The translations under genes were made by a program, and so were the position numbers. 32,172 nt of DNA from positions 1 to 32,172 of the forward strand of contig DASQAM010000281.1 of assembly GCA_035635735.1 (NCBI GenBank), read 5' to 3'. Position 1 is the first letter of the stretch; the number at the start of each line of letters is the position of its first letter. The notes below the pieces were generated by a model. That model was not told where the DNA came from. It saw nothing but the letters and a program-made list of their open reading frames with translations, and did no database searches. Positions 23,180-30,859 of the stretch are shown here, piece by piece. The DNA is from Gemmatimonadales bacterium. GTDB lineage: Bacteria; Gemmatimonadota; Gemmatimonadetes; Gemmatimonadales; GWC2-71-9.

Positions 23180-25710
23180 CCCAGGCCCAGTGGCCGCAGC
23201 ACGCCGTCCAGATCCTTGAGCACGCTGAGCACCGTGATGCCGGCATCGACGGCCGGACTACCGACCGCCAGATGGAAGTCGAAGCCCGCGGCGTTCACGA
23301 ACTTGGGATCGGTGTTCTCGATATTACCGACCGAGGTCAACCCCGAGACGCTGGGCCAGGAGACCGCGTTCGTCGACAGATTGTTCGCGACCAGCGCGCC
23401 GGACCAGGTGCCGCCGTCGGCCGCATCGAACCAGATCCCCGTCGTATTCGGCTGGTAGAACACGTTGTTCTCGATCACCAGGTTGTTCGTAACCCCCGCG
23501 ATGACGATCTGGCCCTGTTTGTCGGGGTTCGGGACGGCAAAGGTGTTGTTGACGATGTAGAGCCCCCGGGCGGTCGCGCCAGGACCGCTGTACCGGTGAT
23601 AGGACCAGCCGTGGATGTTCCGGTACATCAGGTTGTTCCGGACGATGATACTGTCCCCCACGCCGTGATAGATGCCGTGGTCGTGGTTCTGCCAGTTCGT
23701 GGTGCTCGGCTGGCAGCCCTGCTCCCCGGGTGAGAGGCGACCGATGTCGTGAATGACGTTCTCTTCGATCACCATGTTGCTGGCGTAGGCGTCGATCCCC
23801 GCCCGCCCGCCGGTATCATCCGTGCAGATTCTGCCGATGTCGTGGATGTGGTTCCGCGCCAACCGGACGTCGTGGCTCGCGGCAACGAGCTCGTTGCCGT
23901 TGTAGGCGTCCATCCCGGAGCGACTCATCCCCCGGATCTCGAAGCCCTCGACGGCGATGTAGTTCCCTGAGACGCTGACGCCCGCCGACGAGCTGTTGTT
24001 CTGCCCGTCGATGATCGCGCCCCAGCGATGGACCGCGCGGAACACGATCCAGTTCGTCGCCGTACCGCTCCGGTTGATGCCAAGGACGGTCGCGCCGCCG
24101 GTGTAGACGCCGTCATTCACCAGCACGCCATCGCCCGGGCTCACCACGTTGGCGGCCTGCTGGAGGGTACGGAATGGCTGGCCACTGGTGCCCGGGTTGG
24201 CATCGTTGCCTGCGGCTGCATCGACATAGTAGCAGCTGCCGGAGCCGGTGGACCCGCAGCTGGACACGGGCGGCGCCGTGGTAACCGTGACGTTGGCCGT
24301 TCCGGACTTCCCGCCGGTAGCGGCCGTGATCGTCGCCGAGCCGACCGCGCCCCCCGTCACGAGGCCAGCCGACGTCACGGCGGCAATCAGCGTGTTGGAG
24401 CTGGACCAGGTCATCGTCCGACCTGTTAAGGTATTCCCGGCGCTGTCCTTGGCAACTGCGGTCAGCGGCACCGTGCCGCCGACCCCGACGCTCGTCGACG
24501 CCGGGCTCACCGCCACCGACGCGATGGGGACGATCGCCACTGTAATCGCGGATGTCCCGCTCTTTCCTCCGGTCGCCGCAGTGATCGTCGCGGCGCCGGC
24601 GGTTCTCGCTGTGACGAGCCCGCTGGTGCTCACCGTCGCGACCGCAGTGTTGTCGCTTGACCACGTGACGGTCTGGCCCGTCAGCGGATTGCCCGCCGAG
24701 TCCTTCGGCGTCGCGGTCAGCTGCAGCGTCTGCCCGACGTACAGGCTCCCGGACGCGGGGCTGACCGTCACCGAGGCGATGGTGACGTTCGCCACCGTAA
24801 TCGCAGATGTGCCGCTCTTTCCTCCGCTTGTCGCCGTGATCGTCGCCGAGCCGGCACCTGTGCCCGTCGCGAGGCCGCTCGCAGCGTTGACCCCCGCGAC
24901 CGCGCTGTTGCTGCTCGACCAGGTGACCGCGCGGCCGGTCAGCGGATTCCCCGCCGAGTCCTTGGGCGTCGCCGTCAGCTGCAGCGTCTGTCCGACGTAC
25001 AAGTTCCCGGACGCCGGGCTGACCGTCACCGTCGCCACTGGGACGTTCGTCACCGTGATGCTCGAAGAGGCACTCTTCCCCTCACTCGACGCCGTGACCG
25101 TCGTCGAACCCACGGCCACCCCGGTGACCAGCCCGCTCCCGTCCACCGTCGCGATACCCGTGTTGCCGCTGGACCAGGTCACCGTTCTTCCATTCAGCAC
25201 GGCGCCGGTCGAGTCCAGCGTCGTCGCCGTGAGCTGCGCCGTCTGCGTCGGCAGCACACTGGCGGACGCCGGACTGACGCTCACCGAGGCCACGGGCGGG
25301 AGGGTAACGGTGACCGTCGCGGTATCCGACACGGCGCCGCCCTGACCCCGAGCGATGATCTTCACTTTGCCCGTGTCGGAGCCGGCCTTGTACTTACCGT
25401 AGTGGCGCCCGCCTCTCGTGCTCGTATCCGTGATGGCGCCGCTCGTCACACTCCAGTTCACGGACGCAATGGCCGTATCACCGGTGCTCGTGAGCGCGAC
25501 GGCCATGAAATCGGCCGCCTGGCCCGTCCGGATCATCATCGTCTTGGGGTAGACTACCAGCTGCGAAACCGTGCCGCTTCCTGTATCGGTGAGCCGGACC
25601 GGCATCTCGCACGCGAACACCACCGCTGCCGCGAGGAGCGCCGGCGAGAACGCCACGATGCGGTCTCTCATCAGTGCCAGACGGCACGACAACTTGTGCT
25701 TGAAGGTCAT
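23149..25710 (-). CDS. Lipoprotein with about 5 Big_2 (bacterial Ig-like) repeats and a C-terminal right-handed beta-helix domain
   Basis: ATG 25710 is preferred because GAGGA lies 9 nt upstream and it gives MTFKHKL, matching the paralog; the track start is 25719. Lipobox-like VVFAC. Four canonical Big_2 repeats (V.VSPAS..L.VGQT.QLTAT.KDSAGN.LTGR.VTWSS.N..(I/V)A.V...GLVT....G.ATITA) follow one degenerate repeat. The beta-helix starts near GQPFRTLQQAANVVSPGDGVLVNDGVYTGG. Confidence 0.85.
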   Translation of the reverse strand: MTFKHKLSCRLALMRDRIVAFSPALLAAAVVFACEMPVRLTDTGSGTVSQLVVYPKTMMIRTGQAADFMAVALTSTGDTAIASVNWSVTSGAITDTSTRGGRHYGKYKAGSDTGKVKIIARGQGGAVSDTATVTVTLPPVASVSVSPASASVLPTQTAQLTATTLDSTGAVLNGRTVTWSSGNTGIATVDGSGLVTGVAVGSTTVTASSEGKSASSSITVTNVPVATVTVSPASGNLYVGQTLQLTATPKDSAGNPLTGRAVTWSSSNSAVAGVNAASGLATGTGAGSATITATSGGKSGTSAITVANVTIASVTVSPASGSLYVGQTLQLTATPKDSAGNPLTGQTVTWSSDNTAVATVSTSGLVTARTAGAATITAATGGKSGTSAITVAIVPIASVAVSPASTSVGVGGTVPLTAVAKDSAGNTLTGRTMTWSSSNTLIAAVTSAGLVTGGAVGSATITAATGGKSGTANVTVTTAPPVSSCGSTGSGSCYYVDAAAGNDANPGTSGQPFRTLQQAANVVSPGDGVLVNDGVYTGGATVLGINRSGTATNWIVFRAVHRWGAIIDGQNNSSSAGVSVSGNYIAVEGFEIRGMSRSGMDAYNGNELVAASHDVRLARNHIHDIGRICTDDTGGRAGIDAYASNMVIEENVIHDIGRLSPGEQGCQPSTTNWQNHDHGIYHGVGDSIIVRNNLMYRNIHGWSYHRYSGPGATARGLYIVNNTFAVPNPDKQGQIVIAGVTNNLVIENNVFYQPNTTGIWFDAADGGTWSGALVANNLSTNAVSWPSVSGLTSVGNIENTDPKFVNAAGFDFHLAVGSPAVDAGITVLSVLKDLDGVLRPLGLGYDIGAYESR
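24280..25296 (-). repeat. Tandem ~255-nt (85-aa) Big_2 coding repeats x4; two neighbouring units are near-identical over long stretches
   Basis: For example, 24536-24590 versus 24791-24846 and 24671-24775 versus 24925-25030 align at an offset of 255 nt with few mismatches. Confidence 0.9.
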
Positions 25711-25738
25711 AAAATCCATTCCTCGATTCGGGTCCGCC

Positions 25739-28700
25739 TCACGGCGTGAAGAATTCGCTCATGTCAGGCGCGTTCGCCGCCGCGCCCGGGAACACGTTGA
25801 TGCCGAGGCCTTTGAGGATCAGCCGGAGCGTGCTCTGGTGTTGGTACAGCGTGGTGGACTGGTAGCCGAGCTTCGACTTCGGGCTGACGGCCACCCACAC
25901 GATCCGCCCGCCACCGTTGGTGTTGTCGCTGCCCGCTTCGTCGAACACGATGATGAGCAGCCCGTCCTGCTGGAACGTCGCGCTCTTGATCAACGGGTCG
26001 ATGTTGTTCTTGAGCCAGGTATCGGCGGTCGAGAGCCCGCAGTCGTGCGCATCGTTGCACAGATTCGGCACGATGTTCGAGAAATGGGGGAGCGTGCCGT
26101 TCGCCAGATCCGTCGCGAACTGCGTGAACGGTACGTTGTTACACGCCTGCAGCGGGTCGTTCGCCACGTCCGAGAGCAGCGGAAAGACGTTGTGCTTCCG
26201 GGCGTAGTTCCCAGTATCGCCGCCGAGGTAGCACGCGTTCGGAATATCCTCGGCGTAGGACTTCCACGTTTTCCCGGCCGCGAGCAAGCTGCGCACGATG
26301 TTCGGGACGTTCTGCACCGTCGAGAAGTTGTCGTCGTTCGTGATGATCTGGCCCGTGGCCAGCATGAAGTAGTTGCCGATCGACGGGTGCGTGTTCGCGT
26401 AGTACTGCGTCGCCAGCCCGTACTGCTGCGCCAACCCGTTGAGGTACGGCATCGACGAGCTGCCGATGACGCTCGAGTAATCGGTGTTCTCCTCGGTGAC
26501 GACGAACACGTGCCCGAACTGGGAACCGCCACTGGAGGCCGTCACGGTGATGGACGAGCTGCCGCTCTTGCCCTCGCTCGTCGCGGTGATCGTCACGGGG
26601 CCGCCCGCGGCGACCCCGCTCACGAGCCCGCTGCCGTTCACGCCGGCGATCGTGTTATTGCTCGACTGCCAGGTGACCACCCGACCGGTCAGCGGATTGC
26701 CATTAGCGTCCTTCGGGGTCGCAGTGAGCTGCAGCGTAGCGCCCACGGCCACGCTCGCCGAGGCCGGGGCGACTGTCACCGACGCGACCGGCACCGGCGT
26801 GACCGTGAGGGCCGACGTCCCGCTCTTGCCCTCGCTCGTGGCCGTGATCGTCGCCGAGCCCGCCACCTTCGCGGTCACGAGCCCGCTGCTCGAGACCGTG
26901 GCGACGGACGTGTTGTTCGAAGACCACGTCACCGTGCGGCCAGTCAGGATGTTGCCGTTGGCATCCTTGAGCGTCGCGGTGAGCTGTTGCGTCTGGCCCG
27001 CCTGCACGCTCGCCGACGCCGGGGTGACTGTGACGGAGGCGACCGGGGCACCCGCCACCGTGACGCTCGCCGTGCCGCTCTTGCCCTCGCTCGTGGCGGT
27101 GATGGTCACCGACCCGGCCGCCACGCCCGTGACTAGCCCACTGCCATTGACCGTGCCGATAGTGTTGTCGCTCGACGACCAGCTGATCGCGCGGCCGGTC
27201 AGCGGATTGCCGTTGGCGTCCTTCGGCGTGGCGGTGAGCTGCACCGTCCCGGTGATCGCGATGTTCGCCGTGCTCGGCGCCACCGTGACCGAGGCCACCG
27301 GCGCGAGAGTGACGTTGACGGCCGCGGTCCCGCTCTGGCCTTCACTCGTCGCCGTGATGGTCACCGGTCCACCGGGCCCGACACCCGTGACGAGCCCGCT
27401 GCCGCTCACCGTGGCGATCGTGTTGTCACTCGACGACCAGGTGATCGTCCGGCCGGTCAAGGGATTGCCGTTGGCGTCCTTGGGCGTGGCCGTGAGCTGC
27501 GCCGTCTGCCCCACTGTCAGGCTCGCCGTGGCCGGGCTGACCGTCACCGATGCCACGGGCACTGTGGGAACGATCTTCGCGAGATTGCCTTGCACCACCC
27601 AGCCGCTCGTGCCCGACGCAAACAGGACGTGGTAGCGGATTGCGCCGTCGCCCCCGGCGGTCGTGTTCAGCACCGGCCCGGAATCGACCACGCCCCGCGC
27701 CCCCGCCGGCTGCGTCCCGATGACGCTCGGCGGCGTTCCGGTCACCGGGTCCGCGGGCGGTTGTGAGGTGTTCCGTACCCACGTAGAAACCGTCGTCTGC
27801 ACGCTGTCGCCGATGGCGAATTGACCGGTCGGCGCAGTCACCGTTACACTCGCGGTCCCGCTCTTTCCCTCGCTCGTGGCCGTGATCGTCGCGGACCCGG
27901 CACCGGCGGCCGTCACCAACCCGGTGCCGCTGACCGTCGCGACCGAGCCGTTGTCGGTCGACCAGGTCACTGCCCGGCCGGTCAACGGATTACCATTGGC
28001 GTCCTTGGGCGTGGCCGTGAGCAGCGCCGTCTGCCCCACGCTTAGGCTCGCCGTCGCGGGGCTCACCGCCACCGATGCGACCGGGACGGTCGAGACCGTG
28101 ATGGCCGACGCTCCGCTCTGACCTTCGCTCGTCGCGGTGATCGTCGCCGACCCGACAGCGTTCGCCGTCACCAAACCGCTGGCGCTCACCGTAGCGATGG
28201 TCGTGTTGTCGCTCGACCACGTCACCACCCGGCCGCCCAGCGGATTGCCGTTCGCGTCCTTCGGCGTCGCGGTGAGCTGCACCGTCTGGCCGGTGAGCAC
28301 GCTCGCCGCCGCCGGCGTCAGGCTCACTGAGGCGACCGGTGCCGGGGGACACGCCACCGTGATCGTGGCGGTATCGGTGAAGTCCCCGGGATGGCTCCTC
28401 GCCACCAGCTTGGAGGGGCCGCAGCCGCCGTTGTGGTAATGGCCGTAATGCCGCTTGCCGCTCGTGCTCGTGTCGACGGTCCCTACGGTCGCGCTCCAAG
28501 TCACGCTGATGTCCGCGGTATCCCCCGTGGCGGTCAAGCCTACGGCGAGGAAGTCCTGGACCTGGTTTTCTTGAAGCGTGACGACTTTAGGAGAGACGAC
28601 GAGTTGTGCGACTGACGAATTCGGCTCGGTGACGCTGACGGGCTTTTCGCAGCTCGCGACCCACAGCAACGCGAGCCCAGCGACAGCCACGACAACGCCG

Positions 28701-28750
28701 CGGTCTCTGAGCAGGGCCAGACGGTGCGCCAGCTTGTGCTTGAACGTCAT
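25739..28750 (-). CDS. Lipoprotein with about 7 Big_2 repeats, an inserted SH3-like domain and a C-terminal phosphoesterase (PF04185 acid phosphatase / phospholipase C family-like) domain
   Basis: ATG 28750 with GAGGG 6 nt upstream; the track start is GTG 28753. The leader MTFKHKLAHRLALLRDR is followed by the lipobox VASC. There are six canonical Big_2 repeats (TATPKDANGNPLTGR.(V/I)(T/S)W) plus one degenerate repeat. The C-terminus HVFVVTEENTDYSSVIGSSSMPYLNGLAQQYGLATQYYANTHPSIGNYFML...NLCNDAHD...IVFDE resembles the phosphoesterase family. Confidence 0.85.
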   Translation of the reverse strand: MTFKHKLAHRLALLRDRGVVVAVAGLALLWVASCEKPVSVTEPNSSVAQLVVSPKVVTLQENQVQDFLAVGLTATGDTADISVTWSATVGTVDTSTSGKRHYGHYHNGGCGPSKLVARSHPGDFTDTATITVACPPAPVASVSLTPAAASVLTGQTVQLTATPKDANGNPLGGRVVTWSSDNTTIATVSASGLVTANAVGSATITATSEGQSGASAITVSTVPVASVAVSPATASLSVGQTALLTATPKDANGNPLTGRAVTWSTDNGSVATVSGTGLVTAAGAGSATITATSEGKSGTASVTVTAPTGQFAIGDSVQTTVSTWVRNTSQPPADPVTGTPPSVIGTQPAGARGVVDSGPVLNTTAGGDGAIRYHVLFASGTSGWVVQGNLAKIVPTVPVASVTVSPATASLTVGQTAQLTATPKDANGNPLTGRTITWSSSDNTIATVSGSGLVTGVGPGGPVTITATSEGQSGTAAVNVTLAPVASVTVAPSTANIAITGTVQLTATPKDANGNPLTGRAISWSSSDNTIGTVNGSGLVTGVAAGSVTITATSEGKSGTASVTVAGAPVASVTVTPASASVQAGQTQQLTATLKDANGNILTGRTVTWSSNNTSVATVSSSGLVTAKVAGSATITATSEGKSGTSALTVTPVPVASVTVAPASASVAVGATLQLTATPKDANGNPLTGRVVTWQSSNNTIAGVNGSGLVSGVAAGGPVTITATSEGKSGSSSITVTASSGGSQFGHVFVVTEENTDYSSVIGSSSMPYLNGLAQQYGLATQYYANTHPSIGNYFMLATGQIITNDDNFSTVQNVPNIVRSLLAAGKTWKSYAEDIPNACYLGGDTGNYARKHNVFPLLSDVANDPLQACNNVPFTQFATDLANGTLPHFSNIVPNLCNDAHDCGLSTADTWLKNNIDPLIKSATFQQDGLLIIVFDEAGSDNTNGGGRIVWVAVSPKSKLGYQSTTLYQHQSTLRLILKGLGINVFPGAAANAPDMSEFFTP
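26540..28339 (-). repeat. Tandem Big_2 coding repeats x6, interrupted by the SH3-like insert at about 27566-27832
   Basis: The protein-level period is about 84-88 aa, with recurring DNA blocks (ccggtcagcggattgccgttggcgtccttcggcgtggcggtgagctgc-type). Confidence 0.9.
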
Positions 28751-28779
28751 CACACGCCCTCGACGGGTCTAAAGGCGAA

Positions 28780-28823
28780 CCGGGCCGCCAACGTCGACCC
28801 GTGGTCGATCGCTGGCGGCCCGG
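28780..28823 (-). promoter_or_regulatory. Long GC-rich stem-loop in the leader immediately upstream of the Big_2/phosphoesterase gene
   Basis: An 11-bp perfect inverted repeat pairs 28780-28790 (CCGGGCCGCCA) with 28813-28823 (TGGCGGCCCGG). It encloses a second 6-bp stem, 28794-28799 (TCGACC) with 28803-28808 (GGTCGA). On the - strand it ends about 20 nt before the GAGGG ribosome-binding site. Confidence 0.5.
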
Positions 28824-28865
28824 CGAGCATGGCGGAGGTCCGCGTTAGCCCCGTAGCTCTGCGTC

Positions 28866-28881
28866 ACCGCCTTTCGGCGGT
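28866..28881 (-). promoter_or_regulatory. Small hairpin with a GNRA (GAAA) tetraloop when read on the - strand
   Basis: ACCGCC/GGCGGT is a 6-bp stem. The loop is TTTC on the + strand, which is GAAA on the - strand. Confidence 0.4.
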
Positions 28882-28927
28882 TTTGCTCTGAGCAGCGTGG
28901 TTTACGCCCTCAACCTAGGCGGCCCCG

Positions 28928-28961
28928 GGGGATTCAGACCGTGACGCAGGTCATAATCCCC
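28928..28961. promoter_or_regulatory. Imperfect hairpin (7 bp + 4 bp) in the hflX to Big_2 intergenic region
   Basis: GGGGATT (28928-28934) pairs with AATCCCC (28955-28961). An inner stem pairs GACC (28937-28940) with GGTC (28949-28952). Confidence 0.35.
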
Positions 28962-28993
28962 GCGGCAACAAGTGGTGGGATGTATCTCTTTGA

Positions 28994-29015
28994 AACCGGG
29001 AGAGTTGACCCGGTT
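28994..29015 (-). terminator. Weak candidate terminator hairpin just downstream of hflX
   Basis: AACCGGG (28994-29000) pairs with CCCGGTT (29009-29015) around an 8-nt loop. On the - strand it is followed by TCAAAGAG, which is not a good U-tract. Confidence 0.25.
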
Positions 29016-29028
29016 GCGGACGATCGCT

Positions 29029-30354
29029 TCATGACCCGATTTGGACGCTGACTCCTTCGCGCCGGAGCTTGCCCAACAGCCAGGCCTCGACCCGCGCCGT
29101 CACCTCCACTACCCCGTCCACTTGGGACTCGTGCAGCACTTCCGAGTCGCGGTGCAAAGCGGCCAGCAGCTTGCCGTCCTCGACGGGGACGTGGATGCGG
29201 GCCACTGGTCGGAGGGCTTGGGCGGAGGCACGGAGTACGCTCCGCAACCCTTCCACGCCGAGCGCGGGATGCGGGGCGCGGGATGCGGAGCGCGCCGACG
29301 TGAGCAGGGCATGCGGGTAACGTTCCCGAACGCCAGCGAGGAACGCTTCGGGGTCGCCGATCAAGTCGGCCTTGTTGAAGACGTACACGACTCGCTTACG
29401 ATCGCGTCCCGCGCTGCCCGCCTCCTCCCTCCCACTCCCGGGCGTGTACAATCCCATCTCCTCGAGCACCGTCTCCACCACGTTCACCTGTTGCTCCCAA
29501 CCGGAATGGGAAGCATCGACCACGTGGAGCAGCAGATCCGCGGCGCGCGCCTCTTCGAGCGTGGCGCGGAACGAAGCGACCAGATGGTGCGGCAGCTTGC
29601 GGATGAAGCCGACGGTGTCGGCGACGCGGAACCGGTACCCGCCGCCGACGTCGAGCTCGCGGGTGAGCGTATCGAGCGTCGCGAACAAGCGATCCTCGAC
29701 GAACACGTCGGCACCCGAGAGCGCGCGCAGGATGCTCGACTTCCCGGCGTTGGTGTAGCCCACCAGCGCGGCGCTGGGAAGGTCACGGCGGCCCTGGCGC
29801 TGGTTCGCGCGGTGGTCGGCCACGCCTTCGAGCCGGCGCTTTAAGACCGAGATCTTGCGGCGGATGACCCGGCGGTCGGTCTCGAGCTGGGTTTCGCCGG
29901 GACCGCGCAACCCGATGCCACCGCGGATCCTCGACAGGTGGGTCCACATGCGCGTGAGCCGCGGCAACAAGTACTCGAGCTGCGCCAGCTCCACCTGCAT
30001 CTTCGCCTCCGCCGAGCGCGCGCGCGTGGCAAAGATGTCGAGGATCAGCTCGGTCCGGTCCATCACGCGCACCGCCAGCGCCTTCTCCAGATTCGTCCCC
30101 TGCACCGGCGAGAGGGGCTCGTCGAACAGCACCAGCGTCGAGCGGGTATCCTGCAGGACGGCCTTGAGCTCCTCGACCTTCCCCTGACCCAGGTAGAAGG
30201 TGGGCGTCGGTGCCTCGACGCGCTGATGCGTCTTCCCCACCACCTCGGCCCCGGCGGTGTCGGCGAGCCGACGCAGCTCGTCGAGATGGTCTTCCACCTG
30301 GGTCGCGTCGGCGGAGCCCTTGCGTGGGGCACCGACCAGGAACGCCTTCTCCAC
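29029..30354 (-). CDS. hflX: GTPase HflX
   Basis: The HflX N-terminal domain (LGQGKVEELK...LVLFDEPLSPVQGTNLEKAL...VMDRTELILDIFATRARSAEAKMQVELAQLEYLLPRL...GPGETQLETDRR) is followed by the G-domain (GYTNAGKSS, DTVGF, NKAD). GTG start at 30354. Confidence 0.92.
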   Translation of the reverse strand: MEKAFLVGAPRKGSADATQVEDHLDELRRLADTAGAEVVGKTHQRVEAPTPTFYLGQGKVEELKAVLQDTRSTLVLFDEPLSPVQGTNLEKALAVRVMDRTELILDIFATRARSAEAKMQVELAQLEYLLPRLTRMWTHLSRIRGGIGLRGPGETQLETDRRVIRRKISVLKRRLEGVADHRANQRQGRRDLPSAALVGYTNAGKSSILRALSGADVFVEDRLFATLDTLTRELDVGGGYRFRVADTVGFIRKLPHHLVASFRATLEEARAADLLLHVVDASHSGWEQQVNVVETVLEEMGLYTPGSGREEAGSAGRDRKRVVYVFNKADLIGDPEAFLAGVRERYPHALLTSARSASRAPHPALGVEGLRSVLRASAQALRPVARIHVPVEDGKLLAALHRDSEVLHESQVDGVVEVTARVEAWLLGKLRREGVSVQIGS

Positions 30355-30400
30355 CGGCGGCTGGATCTCAATTAGTTGCCGAATACGCTGAGGCCTCCCC

Positions 30401-30859
30401 TCATTTGAGCAGTTTCATCAGCGGCACGTTCCCCTTCCCGGTGAGCGCCATGGACTTCTCCCCGAGCGGAGTGTCGAGCAACACGCGTCCGGTGATGCCG
30501 TAGCCTACCGCCCGGCGCGTCAGCAGCGCCTTGGCCCCAGCACCCACCCCGGTCCATTCGAACCGCACCGGCACCACCACCCGGCTGTGGTTCGTGGGCG
30601 ACAGGTCGAGAGGCCGGTCGAGCAGCGCGTCGCCGAAGTGCGTGCCCTCGAGATCGACGCCCACTTCCATGCGGGTCGAGCGGATGCGATAGTCGTTCGG
30701 GTTGTAGACGTCGAACACTAGGTCGAACGTCCCGCCCGTCAAGCCGATCCCGGTCACCGCGATCTCTTGCAGCGAGATGTCGGGCTCAGTGAACGCCAGT
30801 CGGCCGAGGGTCGCGCAGGCGGCCAGGAGCAAAAGGGCGGACAGGCGCACGACTCTCAT
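30401..30859 (-). CDS. LEA_2 (LEA14/NDR1-HIN1-like, PF03168-type) lipoprotein
   Basis: ATG 30859 forms an ATGA overlap with the rarA stop. The signal peptide is MRVVRLSALLLLAAC (lipobox LAAC). The body reads ISLQEIAVTGIGLTGGTFDLVFDVYNPNDYRI....VGVDLEG, which is typical of the LEA_2 fold. Confidence 0.7.
   Translation of the reverse strand: MRVVRLSALLLLAACATLGRLAFTEPDISLQEIAVTGIGLTGGTFDLVFDVYNPNDYRIRSTRMEVGVDLEGTHFGDALLDRPLDLSPTNHSRVVVPVRFEWTGVGAGAKALLTRRAVGYGITGRVLLDTPLGEKSMALTGKGNVPLMKLLK

Noticed and set aside
24248-25345. Protein-like + strand ORFs (24248-25345 and 26484-27635) running antisense through the Big_2 repeat arrays, themselves periodic and V/T/A/P-rich
   Set aside because: The periodicity only mirrors the repeats on the other strand. 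Only the - strand gives canonical Big_2 motifs and continuous ORFs with RBS, signal peptide and catalytic domains. The + strand ORFs have no plausible start context or domain hits.
23149-28750. The periodic repeats could be mistaken for a CRISPR array or a mobile-element repeat
   Set aside because: The period is about 255 nt with no short conserved repeat/unique spacer alternation. The repeats are in frame and encode Ig-like Big_2 domains.
28750-28830. A 26-codon uORF on the - strand (MLAGPPAIDHGSTLAARFAFRPVEGV) whose TGA overlaps the ATG of the Big_2/phosphoesterase gene
   Set aside because: It has no Shine-Dalgarno sequence, and open frames of this length are expected by chance at this GC content. 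The region is better explained by the RNA hairpin it spans. The same reasoning makes the 16-codon uORF at 16857-16907 only a low-weight note.
28866-28884. Intrinsic terminator on the + strand (6-bp GC stem followed by TTTT)
   Set aside because: No + strand gene or ORF ends upstream of it; the nearest ends at 23179. The stem is short. It is reinterpreted as a possible GNRA hairpin in the - strand leader or the end of an unannotated sRNA (see finding).
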